DNA from: Candidatus Marinacidobacterium sp.
GTDB lineage: Bacteria; Acidobacteriota; Vicinamibacteria; Marinacidobacterales; Marinacidobacteraceae
Assembly: GCA_965204755.1 (NCBI GenBank)
Contig: OZ242011.1
Span: 3,104,001 to 3,168,000, forward strand
DNA: 64,000 nt
Reading direction: 5' to 3'
Position 1 is the first letter of the stretch, and each line of letters starts with the position of its first letter. Under the pieces are notes generated by a model. That model did no database searches. It had not been told where the DNA came from and saw only the letters and a program-made list of their open reading frames with translations. Both the position numbers and the translations under genes were made by a program. Of the stretch, positions 18,774 through 28,952 are shown piece by piece.

Positions 18774-21700
18774 CTAGAACTTGTAGGAGATGTCCAGTTT
18801 GACGCGGCGGCCCTTCGCGTTGTGGGTGAGCGCGTCGAACGCCAACTCGAAGTTGACCAGCGGCGGGTAGGTCCCGGCCAGGTTCAGCCCGGAGAGCGTC
18901 ACCACCATGCCGCTGTTGGGCACCCGGTACTGCGCGGTCGCGTCGAAGGTGAGCCAGGGAGCGATTTCCTCGTACTCGTCGATGGTCTCCCGGTCGGTGT
19001 AACCGGAGATCAGACGGCCGGCGGCGGTCAGCGTGGTGTTGCCGAACAGGTAGTTCACGACCAGGTTCGACCGCAACTTCGGCAGCGGCGGCGCGAGCGG
19101 GTTCGTCCGGTTGTAGTAGCCGGCGGCCTGCTCCTCCGCCTGGAGTTCCACGCCGTTGTAGTTCAGCGCGTCCACCGTGAAGTCCATCGTGTAACTGCCG
19201 TCGAAGGTGAACACCAGGGCGCTCAGGCCGACGGCCCGGCGCAGGCCGAAGTGCCAGTCGATCCCGGAGGTCTTGAGCCCCGGCCAGTTGATCCGGTTCA
19301 CCCGGATGCGCTCGATGTCCACCGCTTCGCAACTCCCGTCGCTGACGCCGCCGGGACAGACGATGCGGTCCTGCACCGCGCTCCGCGTCGCCGCCTCCGC
19401 GTAGGCGGAGGCCAGCCCGCTGTGGGGCAGGGTGCCGATCGGGTTGTCGAAGTCGAAACTCCAGTAGTCGAGCGTCGCCTCCAGGCCGGAAGCGTCGTCC
19501 TTCGCGGTCAGCCCGATGTTGTAGGTGAACGCCTCTTCGGGAACGAGTTGCGCGTTGCCCCGGTCGTCGATCGCCTTCCAGGTGCCGCTCGCCCCCACCC
19601 AGTCGAGCAGGGTGATGAGGTCTTCGTTCACATCGTCGAGCGACGGCGTGCGGAAGGAAGTCTGCACCGTGCCGCGCAGGGCGAAGATGTCCGACAGGCC
19701 CCAGATCACGGAGACCTTCGGGTCCCAACTGTCGGCGAAGTCGTACTTCTCGTAGTGGAGCGCGACCTGGGCGTCCAGCCGGTCGCCGAGGCTCAGCGCG
19801 AACTCGGTGAAGCCGGCGTGGGTGGTCTGCTGCGCGTCGTAGGGGTTTCGCGCGGTGGTGAAGGTGAACGGCCCGGTCTGGATGGTGCAGCCGGTGTCCC
19901 CGGGGACCAGGCAGGGATTCACCGAGAGGTTTCCGGCCTGGTTCGGGGTGCCGCTCGCCGAAACCCGGCGGAACTGGTAGCCCACCGCGTAACTGACGCT
20001 GTCGTTCAGGTTGCCGTTCAAGGTGGCGTCGGCGGTGAAGAGGTCGGAGACGCTGCTCATGACGACTTCCTCGCCGATCCAGGAGAGGAGTTCGGGAGTG
20101 TTGCCGAGTCCGGCCTGGTAGTTCGGGTTCGTCCCTCCCTCGAGCGGGGAACCGGGCTGCGCCGAGGTTTCGAGGCCGTTCGAGAACGGGTTGTAGTAAA
20201 CGCAGTTCCCCTGTCCGGGCATCGCGCCGTTCGTTTCGCCGAGGGCCATCCGCGTCGGGGAGTTCGGGTCCACCACCACCCCGACGCCGCAGTTCGCGCC
20301 GCCGTAGCCGCGGAAAGCCAGGAACTTCCGGTAGGCGTACTCCGCCGGCTGGGCCACATCGCCGGTGGCGCGGGCGTACACCGCCCCGATGTCGTAGTGG
20401 AGTTCGGTCTCGCCGAGTTCGCCGCCGAACGAGGCGGCGATCCGCGAGGTGGCGCTCTGGCGGGAAGAGAGGATGCGTCCCGGCCCGGAGTTGCCGACCA
20501 GCCGTCCGAAGAAGTACCAAGGCTGGTTCCCGGTGAGGTCGAGCGGGTCGCCGGCGGTGTCCGTCAGTGACGGGTTCCCGGCCACCAGCGCCTGCCGGCC
20601 GGGGTGGTCCGGGCCGACGAACTGCAACTGGTTGAACAGCGAAACCGGCGGGAAGGACGGCGTCGTCTCCCAACTCGGGGTCCGCGCGTCGGTGTAGAGC
20701 CCTTCGATCCGGTAGTGGCCGTGTTCGCCCACATCGCCGCTGATGTTCATCATCGCCCGGGTGTGGCGGTTGCCGTAGATCAGCGCGTCCCAGGCCTGGT
20801 AGCGGAAGCGGCAGGAGCGCACGCCGTTGTCGATGTAGCCGCCGAAGGCCTCGCAGTCCGGGTCCACGAACCGGGGCGAGGCCGCGAGGCTCGCGTCGTC
20901 CACCGGGCCGGCGGAGGGGACGATGAAGGAGCCGGGGTTCCCGACTCCCGACCAGCCCCACCACCAGTTCGGGTACTCGCGCAGCGTGAAGTCGCGCTCG
21001 CTCGCGCTCAACTGCTGGCGGCGCTGATGCTCCAGCGCGAACACCACATTCGTCGCGGCGAACCGCTTGCCCCAGATCCCGGCGAAGCGCGAGTCGCCGC
21101 CGCCCGAGTAGTAGTCGTGCGAGGCCTGCACCTCGAGGCCCTCGAACCGGTTCCGGGTGATGAAGTTCACCACGCCGCCGATCGCGTCCGACCCGTAGAT
21201 CGCGCCGGCGCCTTCCTTGAGCACATCCAGCCGCTCGATGGCGATGCTGGGGATCGTGTTCACATCCACATAGCGGCCGCCGGGCAACTGCGCCGGCAGG
21301 TACGCGGACCGCCGTCCGTTCAGCAGCACCAGCGTCCGCGAGGCGCCGAGCCCGCGGAGGTTCACATTGGCCACGGTCTCGGGCACATTCACCGAGCCGC
21401 CGTACCAGGAGTTCACCTCGCCGAGGACGCCGCTGCTGATGGTCAGGTTCTTGAACATGTCCACGAGTTGCGGCGCGCCCTGCTGCACCAGCGCGTCCCG
21501 GTTCAGCACGGCCACCGAGTAGGGCGAGTCGATCGGCGTCTCCCGGATGGCGGTGCCGGTGACCTGGATTTCCTCCGCGTAGCGGATCACGATGTCCGGC
21601 GGGGGCAGTTGGTCACCTTCGGCGGCTTCCTCCTGCTCCTGCTCCTCGGCGGGGGCTTCCTGTTGCGCGGCGGCGCCGGCCTCGGCGGCGGCGGCCCCGG

Positions 21701-21887
21701 CGCGGTTCGCCCGCTCCTCGAGGGTCGCCGGGTCCTCGGCTCGCGCCTCTTCCTCGGAGCGGGCGGTCGGAGCGCGTTCCGGCTCCTCCGCCCCCGGCGA
21801 AGCGGCGGCGAGAGCCGCCGTCAGGGGCAGGACCCAGAACAGCGCGGTCATCGTCGAAACGAGACGCGATGCAGGTCGGTCGTACAT
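18774..21887 (-). CDS. TonB-dependent receptor
   Basis: Signal peptide, EEIQVTGT TonB box, plug motifs NLRGLGASRTLVLLNGRR and YGSDAIGGVVN, C-terminal aromatic SYKF. GGAGG RBS. Confidence 0.93.
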   Translation of the reverse strand: MYDRPASRLVSTMTALFWVLPLTAALAAASPGAEEPERAPTARSEEEARAEDPATLEERANRAGAAAAEAGAAAQQEAPAEEQEQEEAAEGDQLPPPDIVIRYAEEIQVTGTAIRETPIDSPYSVAVLNRDALVQQGAPQLVDMFKNLTISSGVLGEVNSWYGGSVNVPETVANVNLRGLGASRTLVLLNGRRSAYLPAQLPGGRYVDVNTIPSIAIERLDVLKEGAGAIYGSDAIGGVVNFITRNRFEGLEVQASHDYYSGGGDSRFAGIWGKRFAATNVVFALEHQRRQQLSASERDFTLREYPNWWWGWSGVGNPGSFIVPSAGPVDDASLAASPRFVDPDCEAFGGYIDNGVRSCRFRYQAWDALIYGNRHTRAMMNISGDVGEHGHYRIEGLYTDARTPSWETTPSFPPVSLFNQLQFVGPDHPGRQALVAGNPSLTDTAGDPLDLTGNQPWYFFGRLVGNSGPGRILSSRQSATSRIAASFGGELGETELHYDIGAVYARATGDVAQPAEYAYRKFLAFRGYGGANCGVGVVVDPNSPTRMALGETNGAMPGQGNCVYYNPFSNGLETSAQPGSPLEGGTNPNYQAGLGNTPELLSWIGEEVVMSSVSDLFTADATLNGNLNDSVSYAVGYQFRRVSASGTPNQAGNLSVNPCLVPGDTGCTIQTGPFTFTTARNPYDAQQTTHAGFTEFALSLGDRLDAQVALHYEKYDFADSWDPKVSVIWGLSDIFALRGTVQTSFRTPSLDDVNEDLITLLDWVGASGTWKAIDDRGNAQLVPEEAFTYNIGLTAKDDASGLEATLDYWSFDFDNPIGTLPHSGLASAYAEAATRSAVQDRIVCPGGVSDGSCEAVDIERIRVNRINWPGLKTSGIDWHFGLRRAVGLSALVFTFDGSYTMDFTVDALNYNGVELQAEEQAAGYYNRTNPLAPPLPKLRSNLVVNYLFGNTTLTAAGRLISGYTDRETIDEYEEIAPWLTFDATAQYRVPNSGMVVTLSGLNLAGTYPPLVNFELAFDALTHNAKGRRVKLDISYKF

Positions 21888-22010
21888 GGGGAACCTCCGT
21901 GGGGTGGCAGTCGTTTCGGCGTCGTCGCCATCGCGAACGGCCGGAGAGGGGGGTGGGGCGTTCCGGGCCTCCGAACGCCGATGCGGACTCCGTGTCCGGG
22001 TGGGGATAAC

Positions 22011-22039
22011 TCTATATTCGCTCGGCGCGCCGGAGTCAA
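22011..22039 (-). promoter_or_regulatory. Sigma70-type promoter for the TonB-dependent receptor
   Basis: On the minus strand, TTGACT-N17-TATAGA lies about 125 nt upstream of the ATG. Confidence 0.55.
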
Positions 22040-22115
22040 ACGGGCCGCCGGGGGCGCTCCGCCCTCCCCGGCGGGCGCCCCGGCCTACCGCCGAGCCGTC
22101 AGCCCCGGCGGAATA

Positions 22116-22135
22116 GGGGGGGGGGGGGGGGGGGG
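22116..22135. repeat. G20 homopolymer
   Basis: 20 consecutive G, intergenic. Confidence 0.9.
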
Positions 22136-22136
22136 C

Positions 22137-22430
22137 TCACCGGGCCGCGGCCGCCTTGCGGAGCCGCCGTTCGAGGTGTTCGCCGATGGCCGAGCAGGGG
22201 ACGAAGATCGGTTTGCCCTCGACCTCGATCCGCACATTCGACCCGCCGTCCTCGGTACCGGTCACCCGGTAGGCGCCCCGGAACTCGCCGAGCGGCGTGG
22301 GGAGCGAGAACTCGCCCGCGCCGCCGTCCCCGGCGACTTCGCCCCCGAACCGGGCGAAGTCCGCCCGCAGCGCCCCGAGGAGCGCCTCCGGGGCCGCCGG
22401 CAGGTCGAACTCGAACTCGCAGGCGGCCAC
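22137..22430 (-). CDS. Small conserved hypothetical protein
   Basis: C-terminal part of ORF 22137-22916 from GTG 22430 (ACEFEFDL...GGEVAGD...KPIFVPCSAI). Globular composition, coding-like codon usage. Confidence 0.6.
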   Translation of the reverse strand: MAACEFEFDLPAAPEALLGALRADFARFGGEVAGDGGAGEFSLPTPLGEFRGAYRVTGTEDGGSNVRIEVEGKPIFVPCSAIGEHLERRLRKAAAAR

Positions 22431-22486
22431 GGGGAACCGGATTCCGTCGGGGAGGACGCGGGCGGGTCGGGGCGCGAGGCGCCGGT

Positions 22487-23794
22487 TCAGTCCTCGGAGG
22501 CGAGCCCGGCCTCGGCGAGGATGAGCAGGAGCGCCTTCTGGATCCCCAGGTGGCCGTCGCGGTTCGCCCACCACTCGTTGAGCGAGTGGGCGCCGAAGCC
22601 CTCGCCGCCGCTGCCGATGGTGGTGGCCGGGATCCCGAGGGAGATGGCCACATTGGAGTCCGTGGAGCCCATGCTGAGTTCCGGCTCGGCGCCGACGGCG
22701 CGGGTGGCGGCGAGCGCCCGCTGGATGAGCGGCGTTTCCACCGGCACGATGCCGGAGGGCCGGTTGCCGATCATCTCGATCTCCACGGTGAGTTCCTCGC
22801 CGGCGCGCCGGAGCGCGTTCTGTTCGGCCAGCGCTTCCTGCATCGCCTCCTGGAAGATGGCGTCGATCTCCTCCAGCCGGCCGGGCTCCATGGAGCGCAT
22901 GTCCACTTCCATCCAACTCTCGAACGGGATCGAGTTCACCGAAGTGCCGCCGCCGATCCGCCCGATGCTGTAGGTGGTCTTGGCCCCGGCGGTCACATAT
23001 TCCCCGGCGCGGTCGTCGAACAGCGTGATCGCCCGCGACATGGCGTGCGTCGGGTTGCCGAGGCCGAAGGCGCCCCAGGAGTGGCCGCCCGGGCCGACGA
23101 AACGGACCCGGTACCGGTGGGAGCCGACGGCATGGTTCAGGACGCGGTCGTTGCTCGTCCCGTCGATGGCGATGAACGAGTGGATCTCCGGCCCGCCGTC
23201 CCGGAACAGGTGCTTCACCCCGCGCAGGTCGCCGAGGCCTTCCTCCCCGACCGAGCCGACGAACAGCACATCGCCCCGGGTGGCCAGGCCGTGCTCCTCC
23301 AGCAGGCGCATGACGGTGAGCATGGTCACGAGGCCCCGGGTGTCGTCGGCGATGCCCGGCGCCATGAGTTTGTCCCCCTCGCGGCGCACGGTCACATCCG
23401 TGCCTTCCGGGAACACGGTGTCCAGATGGGCGACGACGGCGACCGTGCGGTCCCCTTCCGCGAGCCCCTTCCGCCGGGCGACCACATTCCCGACCTCGTC
23501 GATCTCCGCGTCGAGGCCGGCCTCCCGGACGAGCCCGGCGTAGTGCGCGGCGCGCTCCGCCTCGAGGAACGGGGGCGCCGGGATCTCGGTGAGTTCGATG
23601 AGCAGGCGCTCGTTCTCCTCTTCGAGCGCGAGGACGCCTTCGAGCGCCGCGGCGACTCCCGGATGCGCGGTGAGTTCGTCGAGTTCTCGAAGGTATTCGC
23701 TCCCGATCTCCAATTCCTGACCGGGCGCGGTCCCCGCGGCGGCGAGGAGGAGGAGCGCGGGGAAGAGCGGGCGGGAGGGGGGCGGGGGGCGCAT
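22487..23794 (-). CDS. M20/M25/M40 family metallopeptidase, secreted
   Basis: Signal peptide, AHLDTVF, PGIADD, VGEEGLGDLRG, GGHSWG, STDSN, GAHS. Confidence 0.9.
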   Translation of the reverse strand: MRPPPPSRPLFPALLLLAAAGTAPGQELEIGSEYLRELDELTAHPGVAAALEGVLALEEENERLLIELTEIPAPPFLEAERAAHYAGLVREAGLDAEIDEVGNVVARRKGLAEGDRTVAVVAHLDTVFPEGTDVTVRREGDKLMAPGIADDTRGLVTMLTVMRLLEEHGLATRGDVLFVGSVGEEGLGDLRGVKHLFRDGGPEIHSFIAIDGTSNDRVLNHAVGSHRYRVRFVGPGGHSWGAFGLGNPTHAMSRAITLFDDRAGEYVTAGAKTTYSIGRIGGGTSVNSIPFESWMEVDMRSMEPGRLEEIDAIFQEAMQEALAEQNALRRAGEELTVEIEMIGNRPSGIVPVETPLIQRALAATRAVGAEPELSMGSTDSNVAISLGIPATTIGSGGEGFGAHSLNEWWANRDGHLGIQKALLLILAEAGLASED

Positions 23795-23896
23795 GGCGGC
23801 GGCGATGGTAGCCGAGAGGCGCGGTCCCGGCCGTCCCGGCGCGGCCGCCGGCGGGGGCGCCGTCCGCCGCCCGGCGGTACGCTCTTCCGCCGACCG

Positions 23897-26077
23897 ATGC
23901 GTTTCCCGGCGGGGCCCCTGACCGCGCCGCTGCTGGCGGGCCTCGCCGCGTTTTCCGTCCCGGCGGCCGCCGGCGGGCAACCCGCCCCGGCCCCGCCGGA
24001 GGAGCGGCCGGAGGATCGAGTGGTCGTGCTCGGGTTCGACGGCGCGGACCCCGACGAGATCGCCGACCTGATCGCCGCCGGGGAACTCCCGCACCTGGCG
24101 CGGCTGGCGGAGGAGGGGACCTTCGGCCCCCTGGAGACCACGCTGCCCTCCGAGTCCCCGGTCGCCTGGGCCACCTTCGCCACCGGGATGAACCCCGGCA
24201 AGACCCGGATCTTCGACTTCCTGGAGCAGCGGGACGACGACTACGCCCCGCGCATCGCCCTGGTCGGGGAGACCACCGCCTCCCTCCCGGGGCCGATGGC
24301 GCGGGCGGCGCTGGTCCTGCTGCTCGCCCTGTCGGCCGCGGCGGCGGGCGCCTTCGCCGTCCGGCGGTTGACCAGCCGGCCGGGAGCGCCCCGGACCGCC
24401 GCGATCCTGCTGGGGGTCGGAGTCGCCGCGCTCGGCTGGACGGCCGCGCGCTGGATACCGGAGTCCCTCCCCCGGGCGCTCCGGGCCCGCCAGGGCGACG
24501 CGTTCTGGAAGATCGCCGGGGCCGCCGGCGTCCCCGCCGTCGCGCTCTCCGCGCCGATGGAGTTCCCGGTGGAGGAGTCCCCCGGCGCCCGGATCCTCGC
24601 CGGCTTCGGCGCGCCGGACCTCCGGAGGTCCTTCGGCCTCTGGTCGCTCTACGAGACCGACCTGATCGAGGAGGAGTCCACCGAGACCGGGGGCACGCGG
24701 TATCCGCTCCGGTTCACCGACGGGACGGCGGAGAGCGTGGTTCGGGGCCCCCGCGACTTCACCGCCCCGGGGCCGCCGGCCGGGCAGCCGGAGGTGGAAG
24801 TCCCGCTCCGGTTCCGCCTCCGGGACTCGGAGATCGAGATCGCCGTCGGCGGGGAGCGGGCGGTCCTCGCCGCCGGGGAGTGGTCGGACTTCGTCCCGGT
24901 GCGGTTCCGGCTGAACCCCCTGGTCTCGCTCTCCGGCGCGGTCCGGTTCCGGGTCCTCTCGCTCGAACCGAATGTGAGCGTGTACATGGAGCCGGTCAAC
25001 TTCGACCCGCTCGACCTGCCGCCCCTCGCGGACTTCTCCTGGCCGCGGTCGTTCGCCCGGAAACTCGCCGAGCGGACCGGCCGGTTCGAGACCGTCGGCT
25101 GGAAGATCATCACCAACCCGCTGCGCGACGAAGCGGTCTCCTTCGACGCCTTCCTGGAGGATGTGCGGTTCGCCCGGGAGTCCGGGGAGCGGCTCCTCCG
25201 GGACGCGCTCCGGGAGGACGACTGGCGCCTGCTGGTGTCCGTCTTCCTGTTCCCCGACCGGCTGCAGCACATGCTCTACCGCTTCGCCGACCCGGAGCAC
25301 CCGAACCACGACCCGGTCCTCGCCGAGCGCTACGGCGGCGGCATCCGGGACGGCTACCGCGAGATGGACCGGATCGTGGGGGAGACCGTCGCCGCCGCGC
25401 CGCCGGGAACCGCCGTCCTCGTGGTCTCCGACCACGGCTTCCACTCCTTCCGCAAGCAGTTCCAGGTGAACACCTGGCTGGCGCAGAACGGTTACCTGCA
25501 GGCCGCCGGGGACTCCGGGGAGCGGCGGCTGGAGGACCTGTTCGACCCCGACGCGCTCTTCTTCGCCGGGGTGGACTGGCGCCGCACCTCGGCCTTCGCC
25601 CTGGGCCTCTCCGGGATCTACCTGAACCAGCGGGGCCGGGAGCCGGAGGGGACGGTCGCCGCCGGGGCCGAGCGCGAGCGGCTGCTCGCGGAACTCGAGT
25701 CCGCCCTGCTGGCCTTCCGGGACCCGGAGACCGGGGAGCCGGTCGTCCGGGAGGTCCACCGGCGGGAGGACATCTACGACGGCCCCTTCGTCGAGGAGGC
25801 GCCGGACCTGGTCCTGGGGCTCGAGCCGGGGTACCGGATCGGCTGGCAGAGCACCCTGGGCGGGATGCCGGCCGAGGCGGTGATGCCGAACCTCGACAAC
25901 TGGAGCGGCGACCACTGCTCCATGGTGGAGACCGCCGGCGTCCTCCTCTCGAACCGGCCGCTCGGCGCGGGCGCCGACGGCGGGCCGGCGCTGAGGGATG
26001 TGGCGCCGACGGTGCTGGCCCTGCTCGGGCTCGCCCCGCCGGAGGGGATGGACGGGGTTTCGCTGCTTCCGCCCTGA
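23897..26077 (+). CDS. Alkaline phosphatase superfamily (type I phosphodiesterase/nucleotide pyrophosphatase) protein
   Basis: VVLGFDGAD, PSESPVAWATFATG, DRLQH, VSDHGF, SGDH, DVAPTVL. Signal peptide and an internal hydrophobic hairpin. Confidence 0.88.
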   Translation: MRFPAGPLTAPLLAGLAAFSVPAAAGGQPAPAPPEERPEDRVVVLGFDGADPDEIADLIAAGELPHLARLAEEGTFGPLETTLPSESPVAWATFATGMNPGKTRIFDFLEQRDDDYAPRIALVGETTASLPGPMARAALVLLLALSAAAAGAFAVRRLTSRPGAPRTAAILLGVGVAALGWTAARWIPESLPRALRARQGDAFWKIAGAAGVPAVALSAPMEFPVEESPGARILAGFGAPDLRRSFGLWSLYETDLIEEESTETGGTRYPLRFTDGTAESVVRGPRDFTAPGPPAGQPEVEVPLRFRLRDSEIEIAVGGERAVLAAGEWSDFVPVRFRLNPLVSLSGAVRFRVLSLEPNVSVYMEPVNFDPLDLPPLADFSWPRSFARKLAERTGRFETVGWKIITNPLRDEAVSFDAFLEDVRFARESGERLLRDALREDDWRLLVSVFLFPDRLQHMLYRFADPEHPNHDPVLAERYGGGIRDGYREMDRIVGETVAAAPPGTAVLVVSDHGFHSFRKQFQVNTWLAQNGYLQAAGDSGERRLEDLFDPDALFFAGVDWRRTSAFALGLSGIYLNQRGREPEGTVAAGAERERLLAELESALLAFRDPETGEPVVREVHRREDIYDGPFVEEAPDLVLGLEPGYRIGWQSTLGGMPAEAVMPNLDNWSGDHCSMVETAGVLLSNRPLGAGADGGPALRDVAPTVLALLGLAPPEGMDGVSLLPP

Positions 26078-26108
26078 TCCGGGGGCATCCGGGGGCGGCC
26101 GCCGCCGC

Positions 26109-26993
26109 TCACCCGACCAGGTAGCGGTCGAGCAGCAGGAACAGGAAGAGCGCGAACAGGTAGAAGATGGAGTAGCGGAAAGTCCTCATGGGCGTCCGCG
26201 GGTCGCGTTTCGCAAGCAACTCCCAGGCGCAGTACGCGAACCCGGCCCCGAGCGCGAGGGCGGCGGCCAGGTAGAGGAGGCCGCTCATCCCGATGAACCA
26301 GGGCCCGAGGCTCGTCGCGACGAGGAGCAGCGTGTAGCCGAAGATGTGCCGGCGGGTGGTCTCCTCCCCGTGGGTCACCGGCAGCATCGGGATGCCGGCC
26401 GCCGCGTACTCCTCCTTCCGGTCGAGCGCCAGCGCCCAGAAGTGCGGCGGCGTCCAGACGAAGATGATGAGGACGAGCAGGAGGCCGCCGGCCCCGACGG
26501 CGCCGGTTACCGCGGTCCAGCCGAAGAGCGGCGGCGCCGCGCCGAACAGGCCCCCGATGACGATGTTCTGCGGCGTCGCGCGCTTGAGGAACAGCGTGTA
26601 CACGATCCCGTAGCCGACCCAGGACGCCAGGTTCAGCCAGGCGGTGAGCGGGTTGACCCGGAGGTAGAGCAGCAGCATCCCGGCGGCGCCCAGGGCCGCG
26701 GCGAAGGCCAGTCCCTCGGCGATCCCGATGCGCCCCGAAGGCACCGGACGGCGCTCGGTGCGCGCCATCCGCGCGTCCACTTCCGCGTCGAGGATGTGGT
26801 TCACCGCGGCCGCCGAAGCGGCCACCGCGCCGATGCCGAGCGTCGCGAACAGCACCGTCGCGGGCGGCGCGGGGCCGGGCGCGGCGAGGAACATGCCGAC
26901 CACCGCGCAGACCAGCATCAGGCCGACGACCCGCGGCTTGCAAAGACCCCAGTAGTCGCGCCAGGGCGCGCCGGGGCGGGTGACTTCGATCAG
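26109..26993 (-). CDS. cyoE: Protoheme IX farnesyltransferase (heme o synthase)
   Basis: DARMARTERRP, LKRATPQNIVIGG, WTPPHFWAL. The conserved N-terminal YWGLCKPRV lies upstream of the first ATG (26918), so the start is placed tentatively at CTG 26993. Confidence 0.9.
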   Translation of the reverse strand: MIEVTRPGAPWRDYWGLCKPRVVGLMLVCAVVGMFLAAPGPAPPATVLFATLGIGAVAASAAAVNHILDAEVDARMARTERRPVPSGRIGIAEGLAFAAALGAAGMLLLYLRVNPLTAWLNLASWVGYGIVYTLFLKRATPQNIVIGGLFGAAPPLFGWTAVTGAVGAGGLLLVLIIFVWTPPHFWALALDRKEEYAAAGIPMLPVTHGEETTRRHIFGYTLLLVATSLGPWFIGMSGLLYLAAALALGAGFAYCAWELLAKRDPRTPMRTFRYSIFYLFALFLFLLLDRYLVG

Positions 26994-27026
26994 GTCTCGA
27001 ACCCCGCGGGCGGGCCGGAACCGCGC

Positions 27027-28877
27027 CTACGCGCGCCGTCCGCGCCGGATCCAGACGGCGGCCGCGGCGAAGATCGCCGCCGCCGCCACCGTTCCCGCGT
27101 TCACCGCGCCCCGGCTGCCCCACCAGAGGATCGCGTAGCCGAGCGCGCCGGGGAGGAGCGCGTAGTAGCAGAACGGGAGCAGCGTGCGCCGGATGACCGG
27201 GCCCTCCCGGCCGACCATCCCGACGACCGCGGAGGCCGCGACCACATTGTGGACGCAGATCATGTTCCCGGCGGCGCCGCCGACCGCCTGCAGCGCGACC
27301 ACCCAGCCCGGGTCGAGCGAGAGCCGCTCGCCGACGCCGAACTGGAAGAGCGAGAACATCATGTTGCTCACCGTGTTGCTGCCGGCCACGAAGGCGCCCA
27401 GCCCGCCGATGAACGGGGCGAAGAACGGCCACGCCGACCCGGCCAGCCGGGCGGCGCCCTCGGCGAGCGCGATGGGCATCGAGGGCAGGCCGGCGGCGCC
27501 GTCCCCGGTGTTCAGGAAGACCTGCACCATCGGGACGGTGAACACGAGGGCCACCGAGGCCTTCGCGGTGCTGCCGAAGGACGCCGCCAGCGCCCGTCCG
27601 GCCCGCGCCGGCGCCATCCGGTGGAGGAGCGCGGCGAAGAGCGAGGCGGCGATGAAGACCGCTCCGGGGAGGTAGAGGGGCGCGGCGCTCGCGGAGATGC
27701 CGCTGCCGAAGATGTCCGGCCAGCGGACGACCGCCGAGGAGAGCGCCTCCTGGAGCGGGAGCGCCGGGAGCCGGGTGAGGAAGAGCAGGAGGCCGACGAC
27801 CGCGTAGGGCGCCCAGGCGGTGAAGGCGCCCATGCGGGGGCGTCCGGCGTCGTCCGGCGCGGGCGCGGGCGTCGGGTCGGGGGTCTTCTCGTCAGGAGTC
27901 TTCTCGTCGGGGGCCGGCTCGCCGGGCGGGTCGGTCGCTTTCGCCGCGCTCCAGTCGGCTTCCCAGGTCGAGCGCGGCGGGAATTCGAAGACTTCGTCGT
28001 CCTTGGGCATGAAGAGCCCGCGCTTCGCGGCGGTAACCGCGATCCCCAGCCCGACAAGGCCGCCGAGGAGCGCCGGGAACTCCGGCCCCAGGAAGACCGC
28101 GGTCAGCAGGTAGGGAACCGTCATGGCGAAGGCGGCGAAGAGCGCGAACTTCCATACCCGCAGCCCCTCCGCGAAACTCCGGCGCGCCCCGAAGAACCGG
28201 GTGAGCAGGGCGACCACCAGCAGCGGCACCAGCGTTCCCGCGACCGCGTGGAGCAGCGCCACCCGGACGCCGAGGAAGGCGAGGAAGTCCGTCCACTCGG
28301 CGAGACCGAGGCCGGCGGCGTACGCGGTGACCTGGTCCGCGCCGTCCAGGCCGGTGGACACCCCGACCAGGATGGGGGTGCCGGCCGACCCGAAGGACAC
28401 CGGCGTGCTCTGGATCAGCATCCCGGAGACCACCGCGGCGAGCGGCGGGAAGCCGAGCCCCACCAGGAGCGGGACGGTCACCGCCGCCGGCGTCCCGAAC
28501 CCGGCGGAGCCCTCGATGAACGCGCCGAAGAGCCAGGCGATCAGCAGGACCTGGATGCGGCGGTCCGGCGTGATGCCGGTGAACCCCCGGCGGATCACCG
28601 CCAGCGCCCCGCTCTCCTGGAGGGTATGGAGCAGCAGCAGCGCCCCGAAGATGATGTAGAGCAGCGTCCCGGCGACGACCAGCCCGTTGACCGAGGCGGC
28701 GGCGATCCGGATGCCGGGGATGTCCCAGACCGTCCAGGCGAGTCCGGCGGCGACGATCCAACTCAGCGGCATCGCCCGGGAGGCCGGCCAGCGCAGGACG
28801 ACCAGGAACAGCGCGACGACGGCGATCGGGGTGAGGGCGGCGAGCGCCGGGCCGAAGACTTCCACGGTTCGAATCAC
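27027..28877 (-). CDS. lctP: L-lactate permease
   Basis: Polytopic membrane protein with [32 protein letters not shown]. Confidence 0.9.
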   Translation of the reverse strand: MIRTVEVFGPALAALTPIAVVALFLVVLRWPASRAMPLSWIVAAGLAWTVWDIPGIRIAAASVNGLVVAGTLLYIIFGALLLLHTLQESGALAVIRRGFTGITPDRRIQVLLIAWLFGAFIEGSAGFGTPAAVTVPLLVGLGFPPLAAVVSGMLIQSTPVSFGSAGTPILVGVSTGLDGADQVTAYAAGLGLAEWTDFLAFLGVRVALLHAVAGTLVPLLVVALLTRFFGARRSFAEGLRVWKFALFAAFAMTVPYLLTAVFLGPEFPALLGGLVGLGIAVTAAKRGLFMPKDDEVFEFPPRSTWEADWSAAKATDPPGEPAPDEKTPDEKTPDPTPAPAPDDAGRPRMGAFTAWAPYAVVGLLLFLTRLPALPLQEALSSAVVRWPDIFGSGISASAAPLYLPGAVFIAASLFAALLHRMAPARAGRALAASFGSTAKASVALVFTVPMVQVFLNTGDGAAGLPSMPIALAEGAARLAGSAWPFFAPFIGGLGAFVAGSNTVSNMMFSLFQFGVGERLSLDPGWVVALQAVGGAAGNMICVHNVVAASAVVGMVGREGPVIRRTLLPFCYYALLPGALGYAILWWGSRGAVNAGTVAAAAIFAAAAVWIRRGRRA

Positions 28878-28952
28878 CTCTCGGGGCCGGCCGGTCGGCG
28901 CGGTCTCTGGGGCGGCCGCCGGTCCGGGCGGCGACTGCTACGCTCCCGCGCC

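Noticed and set aside
21888-22110. Cobalamin riboswitch upstream of the TonB-dependent receptor
   Set aside because: No B12-box or conserved core motifs were found.
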